A stretch of DNA of 64,000 bases from Saccostrea cucullata. Its lineage: Eukaryota. The position numbers were made by a program, and so were the translations under genes. The notes below the pieces were generated by a model, which ran no database searches, had not been told where the DNA came from, and was given only the letters and a program-made list of their open reading frames with translations. The stretch lies in NCBI RefSeq assembly GCF_032062105.1, contig NW_026940780.1:1-64000 (forward strand), given 5' to 3'. Positions within the stretch are counted from its first letter, which is position 1. Every line of letters begins with the position of its first letter. Positions 63,450-64,000 of this stretch are shown here, in pieces.

Positions 63450-63650
63450 GGGATTCAGACCCAGTCTAAGGAGAAAGCGGGAAGCCTAATAAAAGTGAAT
63501 ATCTTTGTGCTTTCTATACTTATATTTATTTAATTGGGATATATTGAATACATATATGTATAGAAAGCACAAAAATTCAGATAGAAAGCACCAGAAAATT
63601 TACTTTTATAAGGATCCCCGCTTCCAACCAAGTTCGGGTCTGAATTCCCG
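63450..63650. repeat. Imperfect ~200-bp palindromic element
   Basis: CGGGATTCAGACCC...AAGCGGG...ATAAAAGT...GTGCTTTCTAT is mirrored by ATAGAAAGCAC...ACTTTTAT...CCCGCTT...GGGTCTGAATTCCCG. Confidence 0.7.
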
Positions 63651-64000
63651 ACCTACGGAATCTCTCTCTTAGCAGCACATGCACAGCACGGTAGTCTTTT
63701 CGGTTTTTTCGGCAAGTCAAGAACTTGCTTTTGATGCCGAATTCTCGCAGCGCTTCACGGCACTACACGGCCATTGTAAATGAGAGTGAGATTCAGTTAT
63801 TTTGGGCATAAGTTTTTTTTTTATCAATACACGTTATAATAAAATTAACTTTTATTCATAAAGCACATTTTATAAGCGTAGTTATCATTATTTGGAAATT
63901 TCTTTTCCTTGTTTTGTCACAGAATCATATCGGTGTTGATGGAAATATATGCAAAAAATCATTGGAAACATTAAGGATTGTAGAGACCTGTCCTTCTACA

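Overview
AT-rich, intron-containing animal genomic DNA, not prokaryotic. The repeat families and the C1q and EGF gene types point to an oyster (Ostreidae); this is an inference. Manual splicing with GT-AG junctions and consistent phases gives seven gene models. (1) A divergent pair of secreted globular-C1q genes at 0.4-3.0 kb; the second has a broken first exon. (2) Three paralogous small type-I membrane proteins on the - strand: signal peptide, CCxGY motif, EGF-like Cys module, S/T-rich stalk, a well-conserved TM helix, and a Tyr-motif tail with an ITIM-like motif. (3) Two large + strand genes alternating with them. Each joins a signal peptide, a 10-Cys ectodomain and one TM helix, through a chain of in-frame phase-1 micro-exons, to one giant terminal exon encoding a STAND (nSTAND3-like) P-loop NTPase plus ankyrin repeats. 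The ORF track shows only the 808-aa and 745-aa NTPase exons; the spliced models suggest single-pass, cell-surface NLR-like receptors. Each lies head-to-head with an ITIM-bearing EGF membrane gene, forming a tandemly repeated two-gene cassette, which is the main candidate for an undescribed system. Introns and intergenic DNA are full of mariner, piggyBac, fold-back, Helentron-type (HINE), Penelope and tRNA-SINE remnants, including a ~10-kb nested element with ~840-bp inverted arms. There is a 139-N assembly gap at 14003-14141. All models come from reading the sequence; no database search or RNA evidence was available.
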